Shown here piece by piece: positions 11,088-25,688 of a stretch of 64,000 nucleotides of DNA (its first letter is position 1; the number at the start of each line of letters is the position of its first letter). Origin of the DNA: Mytilus californianus (lineage: Eukaryota); contig NW_026262679.1 of NCBI RefSeq assembly GCF_021869535.1, positions 58,776,001 through 58,840,000 on the forward strand. Direction: 5' to 3'. Made by a program: the position numbers and the translations under genes. The notes beneath the pieces were generated by a model. The model had not been told where the DNA came from, searched no databases, and saw only the letters and a list, made by a program, of their open reading frames with translations.

Positions 11088-11205
11088 GATACAGATGATA
11101 GTGGATGGGCACAAGGGCGCTGTAAGGGAAAAACTGGTGAATACCCAACGAACTTTGTGGAAATATCTAATAATTATCTACAAGAAATTAAGGGGACCAA
11201 GATAG
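11088..11205 (+). CDS. Host SH3-domain gene, exon encoding an SH3 C-half (phase 0 to 1)
   Basis: TATATAG|GAT...ATA G|GTAAC; translates as DTDDSGWAQGRCKGKTGEYPTNFVEISNNYLQEIKGTKI, with the SH3 W-x-x-G...G-x-x-P-x-NFV motif. Confidence 0.8.
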
Positions 11206-11243
11206 GTAACATATAGTTTTAATAACTCAATCGATAATGACAT

Positions 11244-11635
11244 ATAAAAAGAAGATGTGGTATGATTGCCAATGAGACAACTCTCCACAAGAGACCAAAG
11301 GACACAGAAATTAACTATAGGTCACCGTACGGCCTTCGACAATGAGCAAAACCCATACCACACAGTCAGCTTTAAAAGGCCTCGAAATGATAAATGTAAA
11401 ACAATTCAAACGAGAAAATTAACGGCCTAATATATGTACAAAATAATGAACGAAAAACAAATATGTTACACAGCAACAAACGACAACCGCTGAATTACAG
11501 GCTCCTGACTTGGGACAGGCACACACAGAATGTGGAGGGGTTAAACTCGTTTGAAGGCACCAACCTTCCCCCTAACCTGGGACAGTGGTGTAACTGTACA
11601 ACATAAGAACAAACTATAAAAATCAGTTGAAAAGA
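11244..11635 (+). repeat. Abundant dispersed repeat (aagaagatgtggtatgattgccaatgagacaactctcc family)
   Basis: The same sequence recurs at ~14605-14785(+), ~50150-50245(-), ~52915-52980(+), ~57290-57545(-), ~60150-60260(-) and ~61500-61685(-). Class (SINE or MITE) not determined. Confidence 0.75.
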
Positions 11636-12592
11636 CAAATATTTGAACAAATACAAATCAATTGTTTTAAAAACATGGTAAATTGTCCGCATCCCCGATT
11701 TGGTTAAGTTTTCTATATTTAAATTGGGAATGTTTGATTTTATTGTAGGTCCCTCGCGCGGTAAGCGCGAATTATGACGTCACGAGGCGCAATTATATCA
11801 GCAAAAACTTAGAATATTTACATTTTATTCCTTTTCAAGTGGGAATATTGGACAGACACCATGTCTATTGACAGAAAAACACATTACGTTTTTCTTTTGT
11901 TACTATAGGTAATTGATGTTTGATATATCACGAGCAGTGCATGCTTTTGATATATTCTATCCTGTGTAATACGTTTGATTCGTATCATTTCCATTACCAG
12001 AAAAACTTTTTAACTATATGCTGATTTCTTACGTCATCTAAATGTTTTGGGCTAACTGGATCTCTGCATCTTTGAACTGACAAAGTCATTGTGCCTGTTT
12101 GACATTTTTCAAAGACCCGTCTTTATTTGTACGTACATACTCTTAACTCTGCCTAAAGAAATATATTAATTTCATAATTTAACACATTTATCTAAGCAGT
12201 CATAAGGAATTTTTATGTCATTATGAATATAATTCGTAGTTGCAATATTGAAATTATCATTCACATGACATAAACATAAAGTTCAACTTTGAAAAATCTT
12301 AACTTTCTATGTTCTTCTTTGATGAAGCTTTTATTCCCTTGAGGGAACAGTAATACAATACAATTTTAGTTGTAATAAAAAAAAATTAAACTGAAATAAA
12401 GAAATAGTATTATTTAGAATTTGCTAGAATGAAAATAGACTAATATATACTATAATCATCAACATTTTAACTTATTAACATTATCAGTCGATATTGAAAT
12501 TGGACAGTGCACATAAATTATTTCCATGCAAAATCATTTTGACTTTATGAACACTGAATCGTGTTGAATCTATAAAACATATTTAAAGATTT

Positions 12593-13010
12593 AAGGATGT
12601 ACAAAAAAATGTACTTAGGTGAAATTTAAAAAATCTATAATTCAAAATTGATACTATAAATCAGAAGAGCATTAGTTAAGAAACAAAATAAGCTAAAAAT
12701 ATTGATAGGTAATTAACTCGAATAATTCTAGCCCTTACCGTACATATATACACATCTTCATTCGTGTCGAGAAATTTTTTCAACAGATCAAAATCAAGGC
12801 TGTAAGTTTTGGCTAGTACGTCTGACTCTACAAAATGCGTAATATAACGACTGGATTATTCGGGTTAATAGGTTATTGACTCTTTTTTGAGATATTGATT
12901 TTTTTTAAATGGCGGGAATATGCTGACTCGGACTTTTACCTTATATTTAGCATTGGCATTTTTGGGGTTTCAAATCGTAAGAAATTAATCTAGAATCAAC
13001 TAAAATTGAA
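12593..13010 (+). mobile_element. Partial, interrupted copy of the TTAA|GGATGTACTTAGGTGA MITE family
   Basis: Matches the 5' half of 46350-46721 (ttaggtgaaatt..aattgatact..agcattagttaag..ataagctaaaaatattgatag..ggacttttaccttatattt). Confidence 0.65.
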
Positions 13011-13124
13011 TATTCATCACTTGCTCATTATACTGACGTTGAATTTATGCCTACGCCATTTAAAGAAGTAGAGCCAGTAACTCCAATAAACGGCCCTGTA
13101 CAGATGTATTTTTTAAATTCATTT

Positions 13125-14512
13125 CATATCCAACTAAGTAAGACATTACGTGACTTTGGTAGTGTAGCGAGTCATTTTGTCCAATAGAAAATACATAGGT
13201 GCTTCGATAAAATTCAATATTCTCATTAATCTGACCCGTTTTCTAACTTTTGCAGCTATATCCTTGGTATTCGAACATAATTCTACCTGAATATGTTGGT
13301 CCTGACAGTTTGATTTTTGATTAAATTACGTCCATGGAGATTCGCAAAAATCGTACTTTTTGTCTTCATTCCTGTTGGCTCAATGGTAAATCTAGCGACT
13401 CCATGTCTACTTGTACATCAAATTCACAAATTCCGTAGATAAAAGTAATAATTTGCAGCTATATTGAAAATATTTACACATATATCTACCAAAACAGGCT
13501 AATTTTAACAGTTTAAATCGAGGGGAAATTACGTCCCACATCGATTTAAAAAAGTGAATTTTTCGGGATTTTTCCGTTGAAAATGGCGGATGTGTTTGGA
13601 AGTGTCGCATGTATTTTCAAACATCGTGTTTTTTAATGCAGAATTTGTGCTGTTTCTGTTATTTTCTTCGTTGATATTCTGATATGTTTGATTTCTAAAT
13701 TTCTTGATAAAAAGATAATTATGTCAAGTGTGAAGTAAAAAAAATAGTTACCACTGAAATGTATAAGAAAAATGAAAAAACTAAAATCAAAATATTGATT
13801 TTTAAATTTTTTTCCCTTGTTTCTGTATAATTTATTTTTATATAGAAAAATAATATATTCTTTTTAAGTTTTCGTCTCGAGAGAAAAAAAAAACATGCCC
13901 ACAACAATATATAAATTCTCTGTACCTATTAAAATTGATGTCCCCTTTAAAGTTTCTCTGACCAATATGATCAATATACGAACAGGTTAACTCAGATTTA
14001 GTTTATAATGTTACATAACAACCAATTGTCAGGTAATGTGAAGGAATCGTGTCAAACCAAAAGCCATCAGTAGACATTAACATCCTGTATACACATGTAT
14101 TTCCAGAGTTTAGTTTTGTGATAAACAGAAGTTTTCTAAAATGTACAAATATATAATTCTCTTTCCCGTGTACACTACAGAAGAAATATATATCATAATA
14201 TGAATATTTTGAAAAATTCTTCGATAAATTGAATTTTACTTTAAAAACACAAAAACAAATATTAATGTTTCACGATAATTGTTTTTGAAATATACTCTAA
14301 TTCAAATAGTTTTCTTTTATTTCATAGAAAATTAAACGAGACTTCATTGCATATGATTTTAGTCATCTATTTTTTTATTATTCAATGTCTGAAGCAAAAT
14401 CCAGATATTAAAGAAAAATAATATTGAATTTTTAACTTGTGTACAAAATATACCCGCCAATATTTATCGACAGAGTTATCGGTCCTGAATAGGACTGATA
14501 TAGTTGGGTATG
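13125..14512 (+). mobile_element. Non-autonomous TIR element, copy 1 (CATATCCAACTA...TAGTTGGGTATG)
   Basis: ~18-bp imperfect TIRs; collinear similarity along its length to 18807-20298; no ORF. Confidence 0.7.
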
Positions 14513-15260
14513 GTTTATTTCTGAAAGTGTAATAAGAATAATTATATATCAGCATCATATTTGTAAATATATTAGCATGAAATAGGGATATGTTTCATTT
14601 TATAGATATAAGAAGATGTGGTATGAGTGCCAATGAGACAACTCTCCATCCAAGTCACAATTTGTAAAAGTAAACCATCATAGGTCAAAGTACGGCCGTC
14701 AACACGGAGCCTTGGCTTACACCGAACAATAAGCTATAAATGGTCCCAAAAATTATTAGTATAAACCCATTCAAACAGGAAATAGTCCATTTTTCTAGAA
14801 ATGTTTCATCTTTTTCTACCTTTTTCATGATTTAATATGTGTCGTCAACCCTCGTCCTTTTAGATTTGGTTTAAAAGTAAAGAATATTGTATAGAAAATG
14901 TTTTTCGGCAAAAATATGTGCGGGCAAGGGGTGGCGCCACCATTAATTTTTCAGAAAACCGTCATAAATTTTGCCAAATTACGCAGAAATCCGGTTTTAA
15001 CGAAATTCACCTACATTTACAGTCGGACAGCAAATCCCTGATTTGTCTTTTAAAACCCCAGATTTATAATGCGATAATCAAGTGGAGATAATTTCAATAA
15101 ATCATTCAATAGATGTCGCTGTGCAGAAAAATAGTTCCCCGCGAAGGAAGGACGACCCGGTAGGAATAGTGAATTTGTGAAATTTTAAGAGACCAAATAT
15201 ATCATGAGCGATATACATGATATCATAAGTTTTTAAATTCTATGAAAAATACAAAAAGTA

Positions 15261-15645
15261 ATTTGAGGATCAGTATATAAGACAGCTAGTGTTTTAATAG
15301 TTTTTGGGGTAAATTTGAGGATCAGTATATAAGACAGTGTTTTAATAGTTTTTGGGGTAAATTTGAGGATCAGTTTATAAGACAGTGTTTTAATAATTTT
15401 TGGGGTAAATTTGAGGATCAGTATATAAGACAGTGTTTTAATACTTTTTGGGAGTAATTAGAGGATCAGTATATAAGACAGTGTTTTAATAGTTTTTGGG
15501 GTAAATGATTCGAGGATCAGTATATAAGACATTGTTTTAATAGTTTTGGGGGGTAATTTGATGATCAGTATATAAGGCAGTGTTAATAGTTTTGGGGGTA
15601 AATTTGAGGATCAGTATATAAGACAGTGTTTAAATAGTTTTTGAG
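15261..15645 (+). repeat. Minisatellite, ~48-bp unit x8
   Basis: Unit aatttgaggatcagtatataagacagtgttttaatagtttttggggta. Confidence 0.92.
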
Positions 15646-16177
15646 GACATGAGACAGTGTTATTATAGTTTTGCAATGAGTATGTATATGATAATTTATA
15701 AAAATAGACCTGAAAAACAATAAATTCTTTAATATTTCACTGTCTAAAAAGGTTTTTTTTTGGGGAGTATCAAAAAAAAAGGGGCTAGGAATTTTTTGGG
15801 GGAAATATGAAAAATTATGTTTTCTTCAAAATGAAATCTTTATTTTATTCCAAACAAACAAAAAGTACGTCAACAGCCTCATCAGGTACAGAATTTCAAA
15901 TTTCCCCCAAATTTTAAATGTGGGGGAAAATGAGGATATAGCCAAAGTAATATATCGTTGCCAGATGAAATAAAAAAATCGCAATCTGCTACATTGGCGA
16001 AGCCCAGCGCGGTCCCTGAATTGTCAGGATTTGTCCTGGGTGACATGACTCCAGTGTAAACATCCGAGGATTAAATATCATGAATAAAACAGAGGAAAAA
16101 CAATTTGAATAGAGTCGGATCTATATTTTGTAGCTTACAGATGTAGTTGCAAAAGAATGAAGATGATATCATCATAA

Positions 16178-16462
16178 GGGAACTACCATTTGATTTTTAG
16201 GGGGGTTGGGGGGCTAGGATGAAATTTGAAAAAAATAGGCAGGACAGGAGTTTTGAGTAAAAAAAAAGGCAGGATGAGATTATTTGCAAAAAAAGGCAGG
16301 ATGACAATTTATGTAAAAAAAAAAGTCAGGATAAACTAAAAAAAAAAGGCAGGACCGAAAAGAGTGAAAAATAAAAAGGCAGGACCGAATAGAGGGAAAA
16401 ATAAAAAGGCAGGACAAAATTTTTCATCCTAGCCCCCCCATAAAAATCAAATGGTAGCTCCC
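16178..16462 (+). mobile_element. MITE GGGA(A/G)CTACCATTTGATTTTT...AAAAATCAAATGGTAGCTCCC
   Basis: TIRs and internal aaaaaaggcaggac repeats; inverted second copy at 62851-63146. Confidence 0.8.
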
Positions 16463-18806
16463 TAACATAATTGTTTGTGCTCATTCCCTGTTCATGTTCT
16501 CCAAGCAATCCTTCATACATGTAAGTTGTTCAATCTACATCCTGTTTACCTAAATAAATCCCTATTTTTGATGATTTAGTCCTTTCTATGTTTATAATTG
16601 TTTAGCTGAATGCATATGCATTTAATGAGGAATTATATATCAGGTCAACATGGTCAATATTTTTGAATTGGATATTCCACATATTTGTGTATATGTTACC
16701 AGAGATGGTTTAATATGTCTCTAATGGTACATTTTAGACTTAAAAAAGCTTTTAATACCCACTATATATCTATTTTTCACAACCAATGGCATTGTTTTAT
16801 GTTGTGATTTTTTTTATTTGATTTCATTTATATCCACTGAAAGATACAAAATTACATATTATTACTAAAATGCAATTTTCAGGTTTTATACAGTATATTG
16901 GCATTTTACTTGATCATGTTTATTGCACGTTTTGCAATATTTAGTTATTTGCTATACATGATTGGGGATTGGGTTTTCAGTTGACAAATACTTAGTAGCT
17001 GTCACACCCAGAATACATCCTGATACTCTTGGTATTGACAATAACTGTTATTGCATACATGTATATATGTACAAATTTTCTGTAAAGTAATTTGACATTT
17101 CTGTTGGAGTCTGAAAGTGCATTTTTTAAAATCCTATTTAGTATTAAGCTTTCAATAATTGAGGGACTGACGGTTTCATTTAATGATAAGAATTGAAGTA
17201 TTTATTATCTGCTGAAACATTGAAAATTTGATATATCTTGTTAAATACAGGCATGACACCTCAAGGGAGACTATAAAGGGTGGACCAGTACTCATGTCAT
17301 ATGTCAAGCTCTATATCTCCTGAGTCCTTAAAATTTCTGAATGATTAAAAACATAAACAATTACATTTTATAAATGTTTTTTTTTTATAATCTACCTTTT
17401 CTGAAATGAGACAACATAACAAATTAAATGAAAGGTTTGCAATCAGTGTCAGGTCAACGGTCAAAATTGATTTAGAATGAAAAACCTCTGCAAAGAAAAA
17501 CAAATTTCAAAGAAAAAATGCAATCCGACATAAATTTGCCCAACCTAGCATAATAAAGCTTCCTTTTACAGTGATATGAAAGAAAAGAACAAGGAAAAGA
17601 TTTACTTTGTCACTAAGTCTCTAAATTAATTTTTTAATTTATTATTTATTAATTTTTCTCAAATTTTATTACCTTGTAATATTGCTACCTTCATACACAT
17701 AGAAATTACATGTTTGATGAATGGGAAGCCCTTTTATAAAGTACCTGGATATTTCCATTTGTAATAAACATTGTCATGGGCATCACATGCCAGTGACCAG
17801 GAGTTGATACATTTCAGTTTTCATGATTAGACCTCAGATACATAATCGTTATTTAACTTTTGCATATTTTAATATATATAACATCCATTTATAATGAAAA
17901 AAACTTAAGCTCACAGATATAACTGACAATTGGTAAAAATAAAATTCTCTAAAAATATTTCTAGTACTCTAGAATAGAATAGAATATATAAAACATGTAC
18001 ATTTCATACCCATAATCTTTACAAAATATCATTTTTTTCATGTAAATTACAATGAAAATATATGTTTCTGAATCATTGAATGATGAATCAATATGAAGTG
18101 TTTATGTATGTGTATTCAAATATAATACTTTATTCTTCTAAGAAGCTGTTTGCCTTGAAACAATTATTTCTATCAAAGTATGATAAAATCGAGATAAACA
18201 TGTAATCAGGGAAAATGTTGAAACCCCTTTATTGCAGAAAATATACACCACAGCATGGGATCAGTATTTTTTTTTCTGATAATTTACTGGTCCAAAACCC
18301 CTCACTTTATGTAATTTTTTTTTTACCACATGCTTCTAAAAATCTTTTTTATTTCTTTGAAGCTAGTTATGTAATCGCGTGTAGTAAAATATTTTTTTTT
18401 TGGAAACGGAAAACAAAATATTAATGTGATAATTGGCAATTTCCATATCAATATCCATGATTTCTAGATGATTATAGAAAATAATGGAAATATTTGGATT
18501 AAATAGTGATCTAACAAAACAAGAAACAAAACAGACACATTTTGTAAAAAAATCTCCTTAATGCTTAGATCCTGAAACTTGACAGGTGCCCGCATGCCAG
18601 TGATTAAATATAATTTCCAAGATATTTTTCATATTTACACATTTTACTACCGCATACAGATAATTCATTGGATATTATGCCTCAGAAACACTGAGTGAAA
18701 TTGAGCGAAATACTTATTTTCACTCGCTTCTGTTCAGGTGTCCCTTAAACGAGTTATCATTCGAGTTATCTCCCTTTGGCCGATCACCAATTTTGGACCT
18801 GTTGAA

Positions 18807-20298
18807 CATATCCAACTAAGTCAGACATCACGTGACTTTTGTGACGTATACTAGCCGCCATTTTGTATTATATTGCCCCATATCAAATGCATAGGTGCTT
18901 CAATAAAGTTGAGTTTTCTCATGAACCTGACCCGTTTTCTAACTTTTGCAAATCAATCCTTGATATTCAAACATATTTCTATCAAACAATGTTGGTTTTA
19001 ACAGTTTAATTTTTGATTAAATTCTGTCACTGGAGAATCGTAAAAACATGTACTTTTTCTCGTTATTTCTCCGTTGACTCAATGCTAAATTACCGATACC
19101 CATGTCTACTTGTATAACAAATAAAGAAATTCCGTTAATAAAAATAAAACTTTGCAACTCGATTAAGTATATTCAAACATATATCTGGCGAAAAATACTA
19201 TTTAAAACAGTTTAATTTCTGGGCAATTTCGGTCAAAAATCGATTTAAAAAAGTGAATATTTCGGGATTTTTCAAAATGGCGGATGATGTATATGGAAAT
19301 GTTGCATCAAATCGAGGATTTGTATAGTAAGACTTTCCTTGATTTAATTTAATTTTCATGTAGAATCTCTGATGTTTCTGTTATTTTCTTTGGTGATATT
19401 TCGATATGATTGATTTCAAAATTTATTGATTAAAAAAATATTATTTTAAGTGTGACACGGGAAAATTTTATTTTGACAGATATCCAGGATATACTGTTAC
19501 CAGAAAATAGTTAACAATAAAATTTATAATAAAAATTTTTCTCTTCTTTTTTTAAAAGGTTTTTTTCCTGTTTTCTGTATAGTTTATCTTTCTTTAGAAA
19601 TATATTTATACATTCCTTTTAGAACAAAAAAATATTTACGTCCCAAGAGAGAAAAAAATCCCAACAATTATTATAGATAAATATTCCATACCTTCAAAAT
19701 CCCATCACTTGACGAACAGGTGAACTCTGACTTTGGATGTAATGTTACATAACAATATATTGTCAGGTAGACGTGCAAACCAAAAGCAACCAGGTGACAT
19801 TAAACATCCTGTGTATACATGTATTACCAGAGTTTAAATTTTGTGATATACAAAAGTTTTCATAACTGTACAAATAAATATCTTCTCTTCCCCGTGTCAA
19901 ACCAGAAGAAGTATGTATCATAATAAACTTAAAGAAAATATGAATATTATAAAAAAAAATCTTTAAAAAAATAATTTTTGCTTTAAAAGATAATCAAACT
20001 AATATTTATGTTTCTATAATTATTTTAAAGAAATATTTTGATTCAAATTTTAATTTAAATGGATTTTGTATTATTTCGTAAAAAATTAAACGAGATTTCA
20101 TTGAATTTGATTTTATTATTTATTTTTTTAATTCAATATTTTAAGCAAAATCCAGGCATTCAATAAAAAACTTTGTTATTGTATACATTTCAACAGAGAC
20201 ATATAATACAATTGCTCTGATTTCAACAACATTGTATACCCGACAATATTTATCGACAGAGTTATCGGTCCTGAATAGGACTGATATAGTTGGGTATG
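18807..20298 (+). mobile_element. Non-autonomous TIR element, copy 2
   Basis: Same termini and internal blocks as 13125-14512 (e.g. ctgacccgttttctaacttttgca, aaaatggcggat, gacagagttatcggtcctgaataggactg). Confidence 0.7.
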
Positions 20299-21707
20299 AT
20301 TGACATACGACTGATTTATCTGGCGAGTTTTGATAGACAATAGGCATTTCATGTTCATAATATCAGGAGTATCAATCATCCCTCTTAAGGAAAATACGTT
20401 ACCATTCCGTGTGTTATTTCAATTTACATTTATTTACTGACAAGTGTCACTGCCACGGCACGTTTTTTCAACTTTGCCAATCAAATTATCAAGGAAATTC
20501 TACATTTTCATTCTTAAAAGAATAACGTTGTGAAAGTTTGAAACCTGCCCTAGTATGAGCAAATTTAAGTTCCCATACATTACTTATCCAGATTACATAA
20601 ATTCCAAAAACAATTAATTAATTAAAAAGTGTTGAAAAGCATGGTTTGATTAGCAACATGCCAACTTTACAAGCTTATTCGATTCATATATAACCTTATG
20701 ACTTTTCACAGTGTGTCAGGTTTTTTTTTATCCTGTTCTGCAAATCATGTTATGCAAATACCTGTCAGTGATATATCTGGTTGAGCATGGTAAAAACATA
20801 AAATGTCTTTACGCCGTCGATTTCATGGCGTCATTGTCGCTAAAAAATCTCATTTTTTTAAACTGAAAATCACGTGACCAGAATAATTAAATCAACGACA
20901 TTATGTGATTTACTATCCGGCTATTATGACGTCATAAAAACGGTGAAATCTTTTTTAATTGAAATCTATGTATTAGAAAATGGGGATTTGATGATTTTAA
21001 GACAAATTTAAGAACGTTTTTGTTCGATTTTATGTGCATTCTATACAAACGTTCACCTATTTTGACTGAATTCAATCAGCAATATTTCAGAAAATAAAAG
21101 AGATCATTTTTTTTTTCGATTTTTAGTTTTAGTGCAACGAGCCAAAGCTGTATGCAAAATTTTACCAAAATCTGTGACATAGCTCATTTACTATTCCTTG
21201 AACTTAAACCTTTAAATAAAAACGTACACTTTTAACCAAAATTGATATGGAACTACATGTCGGCACTAACAATTTAGTAGAAATAGTACGTCGATATTTT
21301 ATACCGTTTGTGAGGAGTAGTAATGAAAAGCAACATTCAAAATTGAACATGACCTTGACCTCCGCATTCCGGGTTCCGTTTTTTCTTAGTATATTGTCTC
21401 CAGCCTCCACTGTATGGGTCGGGGCTGACTTGGGCAATTTTTGGGGGGCTTCGGGTTTCAATGATACGATCCGGGTTCCGCTAAAATGGCTTAAGGGAAC
21501 CTGTCTAAAGATACATGGGCTCCGGACCCCTTAATAACTGTGGAGTCCGTGCATGATTAATAAATTCTGTTTAAAATGTTGTAACTGGAAAAGAATTTTT
21601 TTCTTCAATTTCAGGAAATATTTTCCATTTACTCTCTTAATACAAATGTATTTTCCGCACTTTCGCGGGTCTACAGAGGTCTCTTCATTTTAAAACTTGT
21701 CGTTTTA

Positions 21708-24215
21708 CTGTGACTTGACTATAGGTGTTGCTGTTTACCTTTATCTATTGTTCAACCAGATTTAAAAATTGACAATACAATTGGGACATTTAAATTGACC
21801 AGTTGGTATTGTTAGAGTTGAGTCTATCTTGATGCTACCTGTACTGTTTTTTATTCACATGAATAACCTTACAGCATGCTTTTTTCCTGAAGTTTTTTCT
21901 TCACCTAGGGTTATTCTATTATCAAATTTAATAGGGAAGAAAATATTATTTGTTTTCAATGTTTCAAATCCCCAATATAGATTATTCATCTAATTTTGAC
22001 CCAAACAATCTAAATCGGTGAAAGATTTTCTTACTGCAAGTTAACATGTATGGAAATTAAGACTGGTTTTACATAATAAATGAATCTTTAAATTTTTAAC
22101 TCTTATACATGGTATTGTCCAGTTGTCAGTGAAACAAGAAGTAGCTATTCAGGTGTTTTCAGTTTCAATTTATCTTTAATATAATTCAGATGGATATGTT
22201 ATGCATTTCTTCCTATATGCCTTCAAACTTATCATTTTGGAGTATTATTCGCAGTGTTTGAAATCTATTGGAATCAATGAGCATAAAATATTGGGATATT
22301 TTTTATTTGAATTCACTTCTTAGTTGCCATTTAGTTTTGCTTCTTAAAATGTGACTTGTTTTTTTCAAGAATGGATTGTCATGCATGTATCAAGGAGGAA
22401 ATATTTCATTCAAAATGTTTTGTGTGGCTTTCACATGATGATGTACATGTAAAATTGGAAATAATTTTGGAGTATACCTTGAAGTGTTTTTCATTAAAAT
22501 CTTTGAGGATTTTTGTGCATAAAAATACTGTGTTCAATCAAGGGAATTCACTTTATATAAAATAGGATTTAGTTAATATAAAAGGTAACAAAAAATTCAA
22601 AACTGGAATGCAAGTAGGAGAAATTAGTTCTTCCAACATGTTTCTGTGGTTTTAAATGTATTTTGAAAATTATCATTATAAAAGACTGATTCTAATAAGA
22701 AGATGATTCACCTGTTTAACATGTTTAAATAGGATATATATCATGGAAAATGAAATAAAATGTGAATACAGTGGATGTAGTCATAAATTAGTGACAAAGT
22801 GAAAAATAAAAGTAAAATATTCTAAAAAATTCACAAAAAGAGGATAACAATTTTGAATGTGATATTGGGAATAATCATCATAAAATTCTAGATTTAATAT
22901 TGTTTGATTGAGATATACATGTATATCCTGGGAAATAAAATAAAAACTGTATACTGTGGATGTAGTAAAATCAAGTGATAAAGTGAAAAATATAATTAAA
23001 ATATTCCAAAAAAAAATTGTGTGTAAAGTGAGCATAATTATTTAATTAATGTGATATTGGAAATAATCAAAGATTACAAAATTCTTGATCTAATATAAAG
23101 ACTCTGCACCTGTTTAATTGGGATATATATCATGGGAAATTAAACAGAATACTGTGGACTATAGTAAAATCTAGTGATATAGTAAAAATTGTAAGAAAAT
23201 TTTCCAAAAGTGAATAAAATTAGGAAAATATTTCAAAATTATTTCAAATAGTGAAACTGGAATACTGGATGTGATATCAAATATCAAAGTCAATAAATAA
23301 ATAAACTTCACAACTATTATTTTGATATTTCACTATGCTTAAACACTTTGTACAAGGCTCATGTCAATAGGTATTTAGCAAATGCACACTGGTGTTTATT
23401 TATCCTGGTAAATTATGAGAAATTATAAAATAATTAAGATTTCCACAGGAGTAAAAAAGACACTATTATTTTGAGTTATCTCCCATTAGAAAAGCCAAAG
23501 AGATAAAAGATGTCTTTTCAACAATATAAAAGAAATCTAAGCAATTATAGTATTTGGCTATGAAAACATTAAGAAAGGAAATGTAGTGCATTAGACAACA
23601 TGCAATTGGATACCCTGCAAAAAAAACCATATGCGTTCTTCTTCTGGCTTGCTCACTCCTAAAATTTGAAATGACAGTAAAATAAAAATCTCTCTTTTTT
23701 TCCTTCAAACTGTTGTATTTCTTTGGCAATTGTATGGCCAATTACTTCAAGGAATACACCAATTTCAATGGAAAAAAGACTGCAATTACTATATTTGTTT
23801 CATAACTTCTTTAAGAATTCTCTAATGAAAAACATGGGTATTTTTTTTTTAAATCAGCAGTTTTTATCAAATATTAGAACATGGAATAAGTTTGCATCTT
23901 GTGGCCACACTCTAGCTTTATTTATACCATATATGCTATTTAAACTGTATGCATATTATGTTATTTGACAAAGATAAAAACTGAAGCCTGAATAACTTTT
24001 GAAAGACCTATCCCAGTTACACTACAAAAGTTAAATTGAACATGTGAAGTGATGGGACAGCATCAAGGTAGACTCAAAATGCATGAGTGATCACCTATTC
24101 ATCAACTCTAACAATACCAACTGGTCAATTTAAATGTCCCTATTGTATTGTCAATTTTACAATCTGGTTGAACAATAGGTAAAGGTAAACAGCATCACCT
24201 ATAGTCAAGTCACAG
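21708..24215. mobile_element. 2.5-kb foldback element with >=114-bp TIRs and TA TSD
   Basis: 21708-21821 is the near-perfect reverse complement of 24102-24215. TA|CTGTGACTTGAC...GTCAAGTCACAG|TA. AT-rich non-coding interior with a ~190-bp degenerate triplication at ~22700-23230. Confidence 0.8.
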
Positions 24216-25584
24216 TAATATTGATTACAGTAAGGCTAGGTGATTGATACTGCTTTAACGCAGTTCAAAAGTAAATATTTCTAAAATTTGTAGTGACAAA
24301 TCGCATGTCAAAATTTTATACAAATATTGCTTTATAGAATTTGAAATTTTTTTCCATAACTGTTTACAAATTCAAATATGTATTTATAAACCAAAAATTC
24401 AAATTCAATGGTTTTATGTGTTAAAAAAATACAAGTAAGTTTAAGTAGTAAATAATGGGATATCAACTCGGTAAATTTCCATTATATTGGCAACGTGGCT
24501 AACGATTAAACTTTACAAACATAGATTAATTGTTTTAACACTTGACAATTTAATTTACTTTCTGAACGTTCTAATTTTGAAATGCGTATACATATCATAG
24601 ATGATGCAAGGCTCTTTAAACGGATTTCTTGGATTTGCAAGATTGATTGATGATTGATTGTTGTTTGATAAAAACAGTGCAAATATTTTTAAATAAACAC
24701 AAACAACACTATGGCCAAAACCAAAAAGACAACAAATTTAATTAAAATTCGTAAAGTGAAAAAAGATGTAAAGGCATCCTACACTTGGGTAATGATATGT
24801 GTCTCCTATAAAATATTGTAAAGACATTACTATTTCTTAAAGAATCAGTACATTTAAATTCTGTAACCTTTAAACATATCCAAATGAGAAGTTTGAAATG
24901 AAAAAAAAAGACCAGCCTCTAAAAATAAAGGATAGACCATGACATATACAATAACACGTACACTGAAAAAATAAAACATTATGAAATACACCCCAAACAC
25001 TTAAGCAATAGGAGCAGGAACTTGGGTGAACCAAAATACTATGGAATGGTAAGTCCAATATTACTATGACGTCTGACGGCCTTTTAGTAGCATAAGGACG
25101 TGGGATTTCAAAGCGCAGTATTTTGAAGAAAACATGGAAATCGACAACCCAAACTTGGTTGGACAAGATTCTGTCTCGAGATCTAGAAATATAATACTGT
25201 CAAGCAGATAAATCATATACAAGTCCCTTTCTGGTTCATTTTCCTCCCGAAATAAGTACATTTCCTTTACCATCTACTGCCATGTATCGCAAACGAAAGC
25301 GTAATCTCCTGAACTATCCATTTTTAGCGACGTACTTCTCGCTTTCTCAGATATATAGCAATCTCTCGTAATATCCTCACAGAACCTGTAATCTTTATGC
25401 AAATAAGGTACGCGTGCACTATGTTTGTGAGATATTATTACACATGTTTATGCTTGACCTTTCGCTTTATTGTTATTAATTTTTTTTTTGCAGAATTGAT
25501 GTTGGTAACAAGCTTTAATACATCTTTTGCGTTTCAAAACATTCAGTAGTCTGTATTTAATACACACTTGTTTATTTACTTTAG

Positions 25585-25688
25585 CGGAAAGCGACATTCA
25601 ACCAGTTGAGGTTATCTATGCGTATACTCCCGAGAACGAAGATGAACTTCAACTTGTGGTCGGATGTGTCATAGACATACTTAATAAG
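25585..25688 (+). CDS. Host SH3-domain gene, exon encoding an SH3 N-half (phase 1 to 0)
   Basis: TACTTTAG|CG...AAG|GTATGG; translates as (A)ESDIQPVEVIYAYTPENEDELQLVVGCVIDILNK; in frame with the previous exon. Confidence 0.85.

Noticed and set aside
15261-15645. Regular ~48-bp repeats (also the 17-bp arrays at 34.2 and 58.2 kb) as possible CRISPR arrays
   Set aside because: Head-to-tail tandem repeats without unique spacers, eukaryotic context, and no cas genes.
16060-16075. TGTAAACATCC, matching the miR-30 5' end
   Set aside because: Short chance match with no hairpin partner; miR-30 is a vertebrate family.
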